Source: Octopus vulgaris (Eukaryota). From it: a DNA stretch of 64,000 bases. The stretch covers positions 42,160,001 to 42,224,000 of the forward strand of contig OX597829.1 in assembly GCA_951406725.2 (NCBI GenBank), given 5' to 3'. The notes beneath the pieces are model-generated. The model ran no database searches. It was not told the origin of the DNA and saw nothing but the letters and a program-made list of their open reading frames with translations. A program made the translations under genes and the position numbers. Below, one piece after another: positions 12,234 through 26,691 of the stretch (positions are counted from its first letter, which is position 1; every line of letters starts with the position of its first letter).

Positions 12234-13304
12234 ATGTATATATATATGAATATATATATATATATATAGATAGATAGATAGATATAAATATATATATATA
12301 CGCACATGCACACACACACACACATATCTCTCTCTCTCTATATATATATATATTTGCGTGTGTATGTGTGTATATATATATTTAAAAAATAATGGATTGT
12401 GTCACTGATGGCATTATACCTGCGCTCCTGCGATATATCGAACTCTCATGATAACCACAACATCAGCAAGACATGCCATATTAGACATATTACTATCAGT
12501 AAAAGAAAAGAAAATGAAATGAGAAAAATGGAAATTTGTTTTGGTTCATATTCTTGAAAACTACTGAGAAATTTGAAAAGAATTTTTTTGTTTTTGCGGT
12601 TATTCAAAATGCAAATGTAACTATAATTAGTAGCTCATATTACATCGGGTAAAGCCTTTTAAACTGAGAGAAAAGTCTGCTGTAAACTGTATGCTCATAC
12701 TATTCACAGCACCTGATAAAATTGCCAGTTTTCGACCGTCAAATTAGAAGCTTCACTTTTTCATTTTTCAATGCTTCAAAAATCTGAACACAATATACAC
12801 TTTAACTTTCTCGCTTGAAAGATTATAGCTTCTAATTTGACGGTTGGAACTTAGCACATTCTCCATTTAGGGTTTACTTTTTACCACCTTTTGTACGCTT
12901 AACTCGTATGTTATGAACTACTTTTGGAACAATATCTGCGTAATTTGAGCGCTTCGTTTTTCACACACACACACACACACACGCGCGCGCGAATAAGTAG
13001 ATGTTACTCCATGCCAAGGACTCAATTCATGGTGTCGTAGGGAGCGCTGGTGCTTCATACTGTGAGTCTCGGGCCCTTTTAGACTTGACTGTGCCATGTC
13101 TCTTCAGGTTTCATCACGGTCGAGATTTTTCTGGAAAAAGAGGAAGAGACGTAAAATAAGAAAGAATGAGTGAAAGAAAAAAATCAATCTCAGTATATGA
13201 CTGGTACCTCATTTATCGTCACTGGAAGGATGATGACGTCGATAAAATAAAAATACCTCTCAAAAACGTAAGGTACTCTGATGACTCTGTCAAATTGCTT
13301 TTAT

Positions 13305-13534
13305 ACTCTCTCTTTCTCTTTTACTCTCTTTTACTTGTTTCAGTCATTTGACTGCGGCCATGCTGGAGCACCGCCTTTAATCGAGTAACTCGACCCCGGG
13401 ACTTATTCTTTTGTAAGCCCAGTACTTATTCTATCGGTCTCTTTTGCCGAACCACTAAGTAACGGGGACATAAACACAGCAGCATCGGTTGTCAAGCAAT
13501 GCTAGGGGACAAACACAGACACACAAAACACACA

Positions 13535-13596
<62 letters not shown>

Positions 13597-13768
13597 CATA
13601 TATACGACGGGCTTCTTTCAGTTTCCGTCTACCAAATCCACTCACAAGGCTTTGGTCGGCCCGAGGCTATAGTAGAAGACACTTGCCCAAGGTGCCACGC
13701 AGTGGGACTGAACCCGGAACCATGTGGTTGGTAGACAAGCTACTTACCACACAGCCACTCCTGCGCTT
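13305..13768 (-). mobile_element. SINE family A, full length
   Basis: Near-identical to 4671-5087 outside the internal microsatellite. Confidence 0.9.
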
Positions 13769-13820
13769 ATATATACTTTATATATACTTTACTAATAAAG
13801 CTGGAAAGACATCACAAAAA

Positions 13821-13873
13821 CTGATACTCAGAGTTTCACTGTCCCGTTCATCCGACGAAAGGGAACGTGAAAA
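13821..13873. ncRNA. Two overlapping, oppositely oriented hammerhead remnants (fold-back junction)
   Basis: Minus: cggatga-acgggacagt-GAAA-ctctgag-TA-tcag. Plus: CCGACGA-aagggaacgt-GAAA. Confidence 0.5.
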
Positions 13874-14342
13874 ATAGTTATTCTTAATAGTATATTAAAT
13901 AATATTCAATGTATTCATATTAACAATTTCAAAGGTAAGGGCTATAAAATGAATGGGTAGCTCCATGGTAGGCGCGTAGGATACCTGGCCCCAAAAATAT
14001 GTGGGCATATTTGAATCAGTAGAGGGATTTTCAGTGCAATTTGCCGTAGAGAGAAGAAAATTAGAACAAATTAATAAATAATAGTTACTGATTTTTATAA
14101 AGCTAAGTTGTTCAGTGAGTTTAGAGTTGTCTCTTTTATTCGTCTGATACTGAAGACAGATAAGGAAGTAAAAATGTCTACCAGTAGTACATGGTTTGAT
14201 GCACTACGGTTTTTAACACCGCTTCAGCCAAAGCAAGTAAACTGAGATGAATAAAGCCTTTACAATTTGAAACATTTCCCAAACATATTTGATCTGACGC
14301 TAAGTTTGATTATTTCCCTATCACTATTACGCGCAAAAACTT

Positions 14343-14378
<36 letters not shown>

Positions 14379-14524
14379 CACGTGCATAACCACATGCACC
14401 CTCCACACATTCCTTTATATTAATTAAAGAACCGAGAGTCTGAGAAGAGACAAACATGAAACATTCAACCCTTGAGTCACGCGTAACATCTGCCGATTAA
14501 TATACACATACATTGAGTTTCTTG

Positions 14525-14607
<83 letters not shown>

Positions 14608-15188
14608 AATGGAGCAATAATTAACAATATATATTAAACTACGGTTTTACCTTTAAATTACCTATTACCGTATACCTTATAACGAGGATTATACATAGTG
14701 AGGTAATAGACCAGGGGTGCCTACGGATACATCTATCCCTTAGATGGTTGCATAACATCTAATTTATATCTTGCTTAATATATATATATTAGTAAAAAGT
14801 AAAGTAATTACCACAAAACGATTACCAGTCAGCTATCGATTAAGTATTCAAAATATGTTATTCAACAGCTAACATATAAATTCATTAACGTCCTTATAAG
14901 ATAGGAAATTAGAGGACTATTTCGTTGGAAAATTCTGAATATATTTCCTTAACCATATAGATTTCCTGGACAATATTAAAAATAAGGATTACCACGAAGT
15001 ACCAATAACGTCACCTTTAATTCTATATGTTTCAATTGCATTGATTAGTAATTGCAACCCTACCATAAAACGGTGCAGTCTCTTCAGGGTCTTCACTCGA
15101 TAGCCTACGCTATGGCCGTTTAATGATTTTCTTTTCATGATTTTCCTTCTTTAAAAAATGGTAGGGAACACACACACACAAACGCACG

Positions 15189-15301
<113 letters not shown>

Positions 15302-15502
15302 ACATGTATGTATTTGGTTAATGGTTTATAAAAACACTCGTATCTTCCATCTTCCGTCTCTAATTAACCAAATACATAACAAACATTGTGAAAGTGACCG
15401 TGCTTTACCAGTAAGCTACCAGGTGTATATATATATATAAATTATAGTTAGTACTTAGATGGGTGAATCGCTTGGGAAACCTAGTTGCTGAAAGTGTCAC
15501 AT

Positions 15503-15877
15503 AGGCGCAGGAGTGGCTATGCTTACCAACCACATTGTTACTGGTTTAGTGCCACGGCGTGGCACCTTGGGCAAGTGTCTTTTACTATAGCCTAGGGCCG
15601 ACCAAAGACTTGTGAGTGGATCTGGTAGATGGAAACTGAAAGAAGCCCGTCGTATATGTGTATATATGTATGTGTGTGTATGTATGTTTGTATGTCTGTG
15701 TTTGTCCCCCAACATCGCTTGACAACCGACGCTGGTGTGTTTACGTCCTCGTAACTTAGCGGTTTGGCATAAGACACCGATGGAATAAGTACTAGGCTTA
15801 CAAAAAATAAATCCTGGGGTCGATTTGTTCGACTAAAGGCGGTGCTCCAGCATGGCCATTTCAAATGACTGAAACAA
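15503..15877 (+). mobile_element. SINE family A with a small 5' deletion; inverted head fragment follows at ~15990-16125
   Basis: aggcgcaggagtggct..ggcaccttgggcaagtgtc..ggtgctccagcatggcc..tcaaatgactgaaac. Confidence 0.85.
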
Positions 15878-15921
15878 ATTAATATATATATGTATATATA
15901 TATATGTGTATATATAATATA

Positions 15922-15983
<62 letters not shown>

Positions 15984-16974
15984 TATATAACGGGCTTCTT
16001 TCAGTTTCCGTCTACCAAATCGACTCCTAAGGCTTTGGTCGGCCCGAGGTGACACGCAGTGCGACAGAACCCGGAACCATGTGGTTGGGAAGCAAGCTTC
16101 TCACCACACAGCCACGCCTGCGCCTATAATTTTTGTTTGTTTCACTGTTATATAAAATATGCGTATTATTTAGAATAGAGAAATACATTTTATAATAAAA
16201 TGTATTTGAGAAAATAGCGGCGACGTCAGGAAATCTTACTTGTCAATCAATTTAAACTAAACACACCTTCAAATTTAGATTAGCCCCACCTTCTTTTCAT
16301 TTTTTATATATGGTTATTTTTTTGTTTTTTTGCGTACAGTAGGTGGGACTGAAGGGGAAAAAACCTGCGTTTTCACTGACACACTAATACTATCAGTGTG
16401 TGTTGATGGTGATATTGTAGATGATGATGATGATGATTGTGGTGGTGGTGGTGGTGGTGGTGGTTATGGAGAGGATAGTGATGGTGTGGTGATGGTGGTG
16501 GTGGTGATAATGCGTTATGCTAAGTTGTTGTGTCCCACCTGGTCGAATACGGTCTAACAGCTTGAGTACAAAAAAGTATTCCTGCCATGACCATCATTCA
16601 TAATGTAATGTAGTACCTAGCACTGCGTTTATATTGTGTTTTCTTTCGTTTTACGCACGAGACAGCGGGCGTTATTGTTAGAGTGATTTTGTAAACTTGT
16701 GATTTTGTAGGTTTTTTCGACGAGGTAGGTGCTCCCTTCGCTAGTGAAAATGTGAGATGAGAAGATTGGGGGTGTATACCGAGATTAAAGGGGCAGATCT
16801 AAATGAGGGAGAGGGTTCGAGTAATGGGAGAAGCAGAGAAGTATGGTTAAAGTAAGTGGAGGAGAATGAGACGTGTGTAGAAGAAAATATCAGCGGGTGG
16901 TTTACAGAAAAGAGGAGAAATAAGAGGTAGAGTAAGAAAGGGAGATAGGGAGAGACAGGGGAGAGAGAGAGAGA

Positions 16975-17018
<44 letters not shown>

Positions 17019-17375
17019 CTGACTGTGAAATGAAGAAAGAAAAAGGACGAGAGAGAGAGAGAAATAGAGAGAGAGAGAGAGAGAGGGTGAGAGAGAGAGA
17101 AATAGAGAGAGAGAGAGAGAGGGTGAGGGAGAGAGTGAGAGAGAGTGATAGAGAGAGAGAGTGAGAGAGAGAGTGAGAGAGAGAGAGAGTGAGAGAGAGT
17201 GAGAGAGAGAGAGAGAGAGAAAGAGAGTGAGAGATAGAGAGTGAGAAATGTTGAAAGGGAGCGTAATGTTAGTAAGGGAAGAAAGAGGAGAAAAGATAAT
17301 GAAGGGAGGAGGAGGAGGAGGTGAATAAGGGAAAGGAGCAAATTACCATAAAGAATATGACGAGAAAGGGGGCAT

Positions 17376-17413
<38 letters not shown>

Positions 17414-17544
17414 GAGAAAGAGGGGGGATATGAGTGGAGTGGGGGGAAGAGTGGAAACTGTAAGAGAGAAATAAAAGGAAAAGAAGTAATGAGCGTAAAT
17501 GAAAAAGAAATGAAGATGCAGAAAGTGTTGAGTGAAAGAATGAG

Positions 17545-17586
<42 letters not shown>

Positions 17587-17835
17587 AAGAGGGACAGACA
17601 GAGACAGAGAAGGAGAGAGGGGGGGAAAAGGAGATAAATGAAGAGATAGATATAAATAAATACTTAGAGACAAATTATGTGATAAATAATATAAAGAGAT
17701 AGACAGCCATAGGTATATCTGTCTCTCACCCCACCTCTCTCTCTGTCTGTCTATGTATCTGTCTAACTATCTAAGTTTGATATATAGATAAAGAGGAAAG
17801 CATTAATAATGACTATAAAAAAAAATATCAAATAT

Positions 17836-18007
17836 AGGCGCAGGAGTGGCTGTGTGGTAAGTAGCTTGCTAACCAACCACATGGTTCTGGGTTCAGTCCC
17901 ACTGCGTGGCACCTTGGGCAAGTGTCTTTTGCTATAGCCCCGGGCCGACCAATGCCTTGTGAGTGAATTTGGTAGACGGAAACTGAAAGAAGCCTGTCGT
18001 ATATATG

Positions 18008-18040
<33 letters not shown>

Positions 18041-18247
18041 GTGTCTGTGTTTGTTCCCCTAGCATTGCTTGACAACCGATGCTGGTGTGTTTACGTCCCC
18101 GTTACTTAGCGGTTCGGCAAAAGAGACCGATAGAATAAGTACTGGGCTTACAAAGAATAAATCCCGGGGTCGATTTGCTCGACTAAAGGCGGTGCTCCAG
18201 CATGGCCGCAGTCAAATGACTGAAACAAGTAAAAGAGTAAAAGAGTA
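17836..18247 (+). mobile_element. SINE family A, full length
   Basis: Complete head, internal (TA)(TG) tract and 3' end cagtcaaatgactgaaacaagtaaaagagtaaaagagta. Confidence 0.9.
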
Positions 18248-18383
18248 ACTGAAGAAAAGGCTAACACTTAAAGTAAGAGAATGGTGAGAGAATAGCGAAG
18301 AATTTGAAGAGAGAATGACGAAGAAAAATAGGAAAGTGATAGAGGGAGTGAGCTGGGGAGAAATTGGAAAAGAAAGAGTGAGA

Positions 18384-18420
18384 GATATCGAAAGAGGCAG
18401 AGGGTGTAAGACGGAGATAT

Positions 18421-18469
<49 letters not shown>

Positions 18470-18498
18470 AAGAGGCTGAGGGTATAAGACGGAGATAT

Positions 18499-18533
<35 letters not shown>

Positions 18534-18634
18534 GAAAGAGGCAGAGGGTGTAAGACGGAGAGAGATATAAAGAGAGAGAGAGAGAGAGAGAGAGATATCG
18601 AAAGAGGCAGAGGGTGTAAGACGGAGATATAAGA

Positions 18635-18672
<38 letters not shown>

Positions 18673-18705
18673 TCGAAAGAGGCTGAGGGTGTAAGACGGA
18701 GATAT

Positions 18706-18740
<35 letters not shown>

Positions 18741-18774
18741 GAAAGAGGCAGAGGGTGTAAGACGGAGATATAGA

Positions 18775-18805
<31 letters not shown>

Positions 18806-18991
18806 GATATCGAAAGAGGCAGAGGGTGTGAGACGGAGAGAGATATAAAGAGAGAGAGAGAGAGAGAGATATCGAAAGAGGCAGAGGGTGTAAGACGGAG
18901 ATATAAAGAGAGAGAGATAGATCGAGAGAGAGAGAGAGAAAGAGAGAGATCGAAAAAGGCAGAGGGTGGTGTGAGACGGAGAGATATAAAG
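18384..18991. repeat. Compound minisatellite: nine ~37-bp constant units separated by variable (AG)n
   Basis: atcgaaagaggcagagggtgtaagacggagatataa recurs near 18387, 18467, 18531, 18597, 18672, 18738, 18809, 18872 and 18949. Confidence 0.9.
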
Positions 18992-19005
18992 AGAGACAGA
19001 CAGGG

Positions 19006-19046
<41 letters not shown>

Positions 19047-19617
19047 CAGAGAGAGAGAGAATGAGAGAGAGATCCAAACACAGAAACAAGGTTATAACGA
19101 CAGAGTTTGAAAGAAAAGGGAAAGAAATTTATTTAGTAAAACGACATAAAGAAAATAAGGTAATTTCGTTGACTCCGCCTCCTCCCAACTTATCCATTTT
19201 GTCACTTCACGTCGTCGATGACCTAGACAGGATAATTACCTCCCTTGCCAGACAAGACAATACCCCCCCCAAAAAAAAAGAAAAAAAGAAAAACATCCCT
19301 TAACAATAGCAATAAAAAAAAATTCCAAGCAATCGCCCAATATTGATGATGCGCCAGAACGTCATAGTCCATACACACCCACTTTTTTCGCTACGGCTCC
19401 ACCTCTTGTTAATGTTTCTTTCTCTCCTCTAAGGAAGGGATTGATTGATGTCTCCATTTCGACACACAATGTCGCCATAAAATTTTTGTCTTAACATTAG
19501 AGATTCAGTTCCTGAAAAAAAAAAAAACTTTAAAAAATCGCGACCAATTATTGAGTAAAAAAAAGTCGGTAGTTTCTTCTTACCTATATTTTCTTCAAAT
19601 ATAAAAGGGCGCCTGTG

Positions 19618-19695
<78 letters not shown>

Positions 19696-19783
19696 GCATA
19701 TATATGTAAATATATACATATATATACGTGTGTGTATATATATGTATGTATATATATATGTATAATATATATATATATGTGTG

Positions 19784-19900
<117 letters not shown>

Positions 19901-19913
19901 GCATATATATATA

Positions 19914-20052
19914 TTTATTTTATAGAAGGAGCTTCTACAGGACTAGAACTGTTTCATTCAAATGAAATCATTTTCTGATGAAATCAGTTCCTGATGATTT
20001 CATTTGAATGAAACAGTTCTAGTCCTATAGAAGCTCCTTCTATAAAAATAAA
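19914..20052. repeat. ~58-bp inverted repeat (fold-back) with hammerhead-like core remnants
   Basis: tatagaaggagcttctacaggactagaactgtttcattcaaatgaaatcat / atgatttcatttgaatgaaacagttctagtcctatagaagctccttctata. Contains ctgatga..gaaac..ta. Confidence 0.85.
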
Positions 20053-20117
20053 TTAATTTACTCTGCTATGTATTGAGTACCTTATTTACTGTGGTTAACC
20101 CCGACTCAACCCGGGAC

Positions 20118-20185
<68 letters not shown>

Positions 20186-20237
20186 TATATATATATATAT
20201 ATATATAGATATATGCATATACATATATATATGTATA

Positions 20238-20304
<67 letters not shown>

Positions 20305-20353
20305 GTATATTTATATATATATATAGATATATGCATATACATATATATATGTA

Positions 20354-20465
<112 letters not shown>

Positions 20466-20844
20466 CGGGATTCTTCCAGTTTCCGTCTACCAAGTCCACT
20501 CACAAGGCTTTGGTCGGCCCGCGGCTATAGTAGAAGGCATTTGCTCAAGATAACACGCAGTGGGGACTGAACCCGGAAATATGAGGTTGGGAAGCAAGCT
20601 TCTTACCACACAGCCACTTATCTTTCATCTTTTACTTGTTTTGAGCATTAGACATCGGCCACGCTTGAGTGCTGCCTAAAACTTTCAGATGAATGAATAT
20701 ACCGCCGGACTTCTTTTTTGAAGCCTAGTACGTACGTATTCTATCGGTGTCTTTCGCCGAACTGCTAAGTTACGTCTATGATGCAAACGTACAAACACCA
20801 CTTGTCAGGCAGTGGTGCGGTACAGACACACGCATAGGTATAGC

Positions 20845-20908
<64 letters not shown>

Positions 20909-21547
20909 GCTATACCTATGTGCATATATATATATATATACTAGATAAGAAATTTTGCACGACTGTATCCGAAAATTTCTTCATACAACTTGATCAAATA
21001 TTCAATATGAGCTATATGTAGACATGCATAAATTCTATAGGTTTAAAACCTTTCATCGGATCTCCATGAATCGAACTTTCTTCAATGCAGTTAATCTTAC
21101 AACCTCTTTTGTATCTACACCTTTTGATGTTTGGGAATTCTCTGATATTTTTTCGGCTGACGAGTACGAGCCATCTGTATTCACTGCATTTTTTGTAGCT
21201 TATTAAAGATGTCCTCGTACGAAACGATCGTACCGAGATTTTAATCCATTCTTGTTGCTTTTTTCCTATATATATACTATATATATATATATATATATAC
21301 ATACATTACACACAATCACATACACACACACAAATAAGGATGTAGCATTCACACACACACTCAAAAATAGACGTGCATGCATATCTATCTATCTCTCTAT
21401 CTATCTATATCTGTCTGTCCCTCTCTCTCTCTCTCTCTCTCTATCAATCTATCTGTCTGTCTGTCCATCTGTCTGTAAGTCTGTCTGTCAGCCTACCTGC
21501 ATATCTCTCTGTCTGCCTGTCTGTAAGTCTATCTATCTATCTATCTG

Positions 21548-21644
<97 letters not shown>

Positions 21645-21798
21645 CTGCCTGCTTGCCCGTCCGACTGTTTGTCTCATTGTCTGTTTCTCGATGTATGTAT
21701 GTATGTATGTATGTATGTATGTATGTATGTATGTATGTGTCTATATGCCTGTCTCTCTGTCTAGATACACACACACACAGACACACACAGACAAATAT

Positions 21799-22592
21799 AG
21801 GGTACGGTGAATAAATTGTTGCCTAAATTGCGCAAAAATGAAAATAACACTGACATCTCATTTTAACAAATATTTACCAAAATTACGTAAAAATATTTTG
21901 AAATACTATAGAGTAAATTTATTCAATAAAACCCATCATTGGCTTCAACCAGACGACTTTGGAATCTCCTGCAACTCTTCTGGACGGTCTCCTTGTTGAC
22001 GTTGGTGAATGCTGTCGTAATCCTTGTCATCAGTTCATCTTTGGTGTTACAAAGAGTTTTGTTAGTTTCTTGCTCAATAACCAAGGGGTTTGCAGTCTAG
22101 GGTGTTAGGTAGCCTGATGTTAGGGGTGATGTCGTCGCAAAGATTCTTTGACTGATTCCATGACTGAGCTCTCCTGCTTGTGTGGCATGTTGCAGAGTCC
22201 AGTTGCCAGACATAGGGTCTACCAGCAGTCACCCTCTTGACCCAGGCAGCATTAGCTCCTCCAGGCATTTGATGCAAGCCTCCGTGTTGAGTCGGAGGCC
22301 ACGTGAAAAGAGGAATGGAGACATATCGTCGCCATCGACAGGATGTTTGATATTTAACAATCTCGGTACATGTCCTCTGATTGACATCCAAAACACTCTG
22401 AAATGTTCGTAATACCAAGTAGTGCAGGATGTCATTTCCAAATATCTCGCAAAGTCAATTGCATCAGGATTTTGTATTTGTCACAGACGGTGCCCAACTA
22501 ACCCTACTATACTGTGTAGTCGATGAAACTAAAAACAAACAATGCGGATCCGAGAGATTGAAAATAAAAAAATGGCGACAATTTATGTCTGT
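21799..22592 (-). mobile_element. Decayed Tc1/mariner-superfamily (possibly maT/DD37D-like) transposon
   Basis: Frameshifted minus-strand peptides GDDMSPFLFSRGLRLNTEACIKCLEE, WVKRVTAGRPYVWQLDSATCHTSRRAQSW and LPNTLDCKPLGY match the QD.A..H and P.SPD.NP.DY catalytic motifs. Both ends share ataaattgt(t/c)gcc in inverted orientation. Confidence 0.8.
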
Positions 22593-22852
22593 ATATTTTC
22601 TCTTATTCTTTTATTCTATTCTTATACACATACGCACACACACACATATATAAATAATAAATATATATATACACACTTATGCGCACATATAATACATATA
22701 TGTACATATATGCACATATATATATATCTACCTATCGCTTTATTCTCTCTCTTTCACTCTCTCCATCCCCCCTGTCTCTATATATACATGGATATGTATA
22801 TTTATTGCACGTGTGTAGGTATGTGTATCTATGTGGAAGTGTATAGTGTGTA

Positions 22853-22903
<51 letters not shown>

Positions 22904-23244
22904 GTCTCCTATATATATTTATCTATAAAGAACAGTATTATTCATTAGTAATAATGATATAAGTCGCCATATCTCTCTTTTCTCTTTTACTTATTTTAGT
23001 CATTTGACTGCGGCCCTTAGTCGAACAAATCGAGCCCAGGACTTAGTCTTTGGAAGCCTAGTACTTATTCTATCGGTCTCTTTAGCCGAATCGCTAAATT
23101 ACAGGGACGTAAACACACCACCATCGGTTGTCAAGCGATGTTGGTGGGGATAAACACAAACACACAAACATATACACACACATACATACATATATAAATA
23201 TATATATATATATATAAATATATATATATATGCATATATGTATG

Positions 23245-23309
<65 letters not shown>

Positions 23310-23426
23310 GCAGGAGTGGTTGTGTGGTAAGTAGCTTGCTTACCAACTACGTGGGTTCATTCCCACTGCGTGGAACCTTGGGCAAGCGTCTTCCACTATA
23401 GCCTCGGGCCGACCGTATACACACAA

Positions 23427-23473
<47 letters not shown>

Positions 23474-23635
23474 CGACGGGGTTCTTTCAGTTTTCGTCTA
23501 CCAAATCCACTCACAAGACTTTGGTCGGCCCGGAGCTATAGCAGAAGACACTTGCCCAAGGTTCCACGCAGTGGGAATGAACCCGGAACCATGTGGTTGG
23601 TAAGCAAGCTACTTACCACACAGCCACTCCTGCGC

Positions 23636-23684
<49 letters not shown>

Positions 23685-23808
23685 CATACATACAACATAT
23701 ATATATACATGCATATATGCATATATATATATTTATATATGCATATGTGTGTGTATATAAACATAAATAGATAGAAGATAGATATATGTATATATGTATA
23801 TGTAAATA

Positions 23809-23851
<43 letters not shown>

Positions 23852-23869
23852 TTTTTGTTTTTGTTTTTC

Positions 23870-24074
23870 CAGTTTCAGCTCTTGAGCTGTGGCCATGCTG
23901 GGGCACCGCCATTGTGGTGAAAGAGTACAGCAGGGATCACCACCCCCTGCCGGAGCCTCGTAGAGCTTTTAGGTGTTTTCGCTCAATAAACACACACAAC
24001 GCCCGGTCTGAGAATCGAAACCGCGATCCTGCGACCGCGAGTCCGCTGCCCTAACCACTAGGCCATTGCGCCTC
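23870..24074 (-). mobile_element. SINE family D head joined to a family-A-type 3' tail
   Basis: Minus: gaggcgcaatggcctagtggttagggcagcggactcgcggtcgcaggatcgcggtttcgattc (tRNA-like), ending ggcggtgccccagcatggccacagctcaagagctgaaac. Confidence 0.8.
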
Positions 24075-24089
24075 TAATCTATTTATGTT

Positions 24090-24131
<42 letters not shown>

Positions 24132-24721
24132 AGATATATATACGAATATATATACGTGCTTACATATATATATATGTGTGTATGTATAATATATTTATAT
24201 ATTGATAGATAGATATATAGATACATACATACAAACATACATACGTACACACTTACATACATATAAACATATATACATTTATCTACGCATATTATAAGGA
24301 ACACAGTATATAACTGTCAGGTGTTCATATAAACACATATATCTACGTGCATATTATGTGTATAAATACATACATACATACATACATGCATACATGCATT
24401 CATGCATGCATGCATTCATACACACACACACATTTGCACACCTAACTACGTATGCATGTGTAAAGTCATCTGTTATACAAACGCATGCACATATGTTTGC
24501 GTGTCAGTCTGTGCATACGTGAGGCGACATAAACTTGCATATATACTGAATGTATATATATATATATGTAGAAATATATATATAGCTGTGTGTTTGTGTA
24601 TTGGTATATGTAAGTGCGTTAGTATTTGCGTGTATTCTTATTTGTTACTTTTGTTTTTGCTTTTGTGTGTGTGTGTTTGCCCTACTGTTCGCTTTTAAAA
24701 TGAAATATTTCATTCGTTCTA

Positions 24722-25715
24722 AGACGGCGAATTGGCAGAAGCGTTAGCACGTCGGGCAAAATACCTAGTGGTATTTCGTTTGTCTTTACGTTCTGAGTGT
24801 TCAAATTCCGCCGAGGTTGACTTTGCCTTTCATCCTTTCGGGGTCGATAAATTAAGTACCAGTTACGCACTGGGGTCGATATAATAGAATTAATCCGTTT
24901 GACTGTCCTTGTATGTCCCCTCTGTGTTTAGCCCCTTGTGGGTAGTAAAGAAATAGGTATTTCGTCTGCCGTTACGTTCTGAGTTCAAATTCCGCCGAGG
25001 TTTGACTTTGCCTTTCATCCTTTCGGGGTTGATAAATTAAGTACCTGTTCCGTCCTGGCGTCGACCTAATCGACTGCCCCCCCTACCCCAAAATTTGGGG
25101 CCTTGTGCCTAGGGTAGAAAGGAATATTTCTCTCGTTCTAAGGCAGTGAGCTGGCAGAAACGTTAGCTGGCAGAAACGTTACCTAGCGGTATTTCGTCTG
25201 TCTTTACGTTATGAGTTCAAATTCCGCCGAGGTTCGACTTTACCTTTCATCGTTTCGGGGTCGATTAAATAAGTACCAATTACGCACTGGGGTCGATATA
25301 ATCGAATTAATCCATTTGTCTGTCTTTGTTTGTCCCCTCTGTGTTTAGCCCTTGTGGGTAATAAAGAAATAGGTATTTCGTCTGTCTTTACGTTCTGAGT
25401 TCAAATTCCGCCGAGGTTTGACTTTGCCTTTCATCCTTTCGGGGTCGATAAATTAAGTACCAGTTACGCACTGGGGTCGATGTAATCGACTTAATACCTT
25501 TGTCTGTCCTTGTTTATTCCCTCTATGTGGGTAATAAAGAAATAGGTATTTCGTATGTCTTTACGTACTGAGTTAAAATTTAGCAGAGGTCGACTTTGCC
25601 TTTCGTCCTTTCGGGGTCAATAAATTAAATACTAGTTGCGTACTGCGGTCGATCTAATCGACTGGCCCCTCCTCAAAAATTTCGGGCCTTATGCCTGGAG
25701 TAAAAGTTAAAAAAA
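24722..25715 (+). mobile_element. Cluster of two family B SINEs, each with tandem body units
   Basis: Heads at ~24722 and ~25141; extra body units restart at ggtatttcg (24956, 25372, 25545). Flank aatatttc.ttcgttctaag is repeated before both heads. Confidence 0.85.
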
Positions 25716-26224
25716 GAATACTTCACTCCATCAGTCATTATAAGATATCCAGGCCAAAGTAACACATTCAAACGCTTCGAGTGAACGTGTAATTTTGAAC
25801 CCACTTTGTTTGGTCTACACATATAGATTTGAATAGCTTTTTAAAGTAAATATCGCATCTCTGATTTCAGATATCCATTATTCAGAAATATCGATGTACA
25901 TTCGGAAACGAACACCAAAATTTGCTTTTGCGAACAATGAAATTTCACGCCCTGAGCAGATGGGCAGTTACAGTTGAGTCCATGCACGGGTCAGATCGTA
26001 TTCAAAGCGAGTGTAGGGTGGCCCCCATCGCCGCTAGGACCGTCTTAGTGGGCTTTTGTTCAGGATCCATTCAAAGCCTATGCGTGACATGGTTAGCTAC
26101 GGAAAACGACATTGCTCAACCCGCTGAATGACTTATAGCAGAAAATTTGAATCATATCTATCGCTGCATAAACTTATCTATGCGTGTATGTAGGAAAATA
26201 TGTTTGTGTCTGTGCGCTAGTCTG

Positions 26225-26245
26225 TGTGTGTATGTGTGCTGTGTT

Positions 26246-26290
<45 letters not shown>

Positions 26291-26307
26291 GAGTGTGTGT
26301 GTGTGTA

Positions 26308-26369
<62 letters not shown>

Positions 26370-26404
26370 TGTGTGTGTGTGTGTGTATTTGTGCGTGTGT
26401 GTGC

Positions 26405-26444
<40 letters not shown>

Positions 26445-26486
26445 TGTATGTGTGTGAATGTGTGTGTGTGTATGTGTGTGTATGTG

Positions 26487-26550
<64 letters not shown>

Positions 26551-26650
26551 AATGTGTGTGTGAGAATGTGTGTGTGAATGTGTGTGTGTATGTGTATGTG
26601 TGTGTGTGTGTATGTGTGAATGTGTGTGTGAATGTGTGTGTGTGTGTGTG

Positions 26651-26691
<41 letters not shown>

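Noticed and set aside
18384-18991. CRISPR-like array of ~37-bp repeats
   Set aside because: Spacers are (AG)n rather than unique sequence, there are no cas genes, and the context is eukaryotic.
21012-21250. Complex-looking sequence that might be an exon
   Set aside because: No recognisable protein similarity or convincing splice sites by eye; needs BLASTX.
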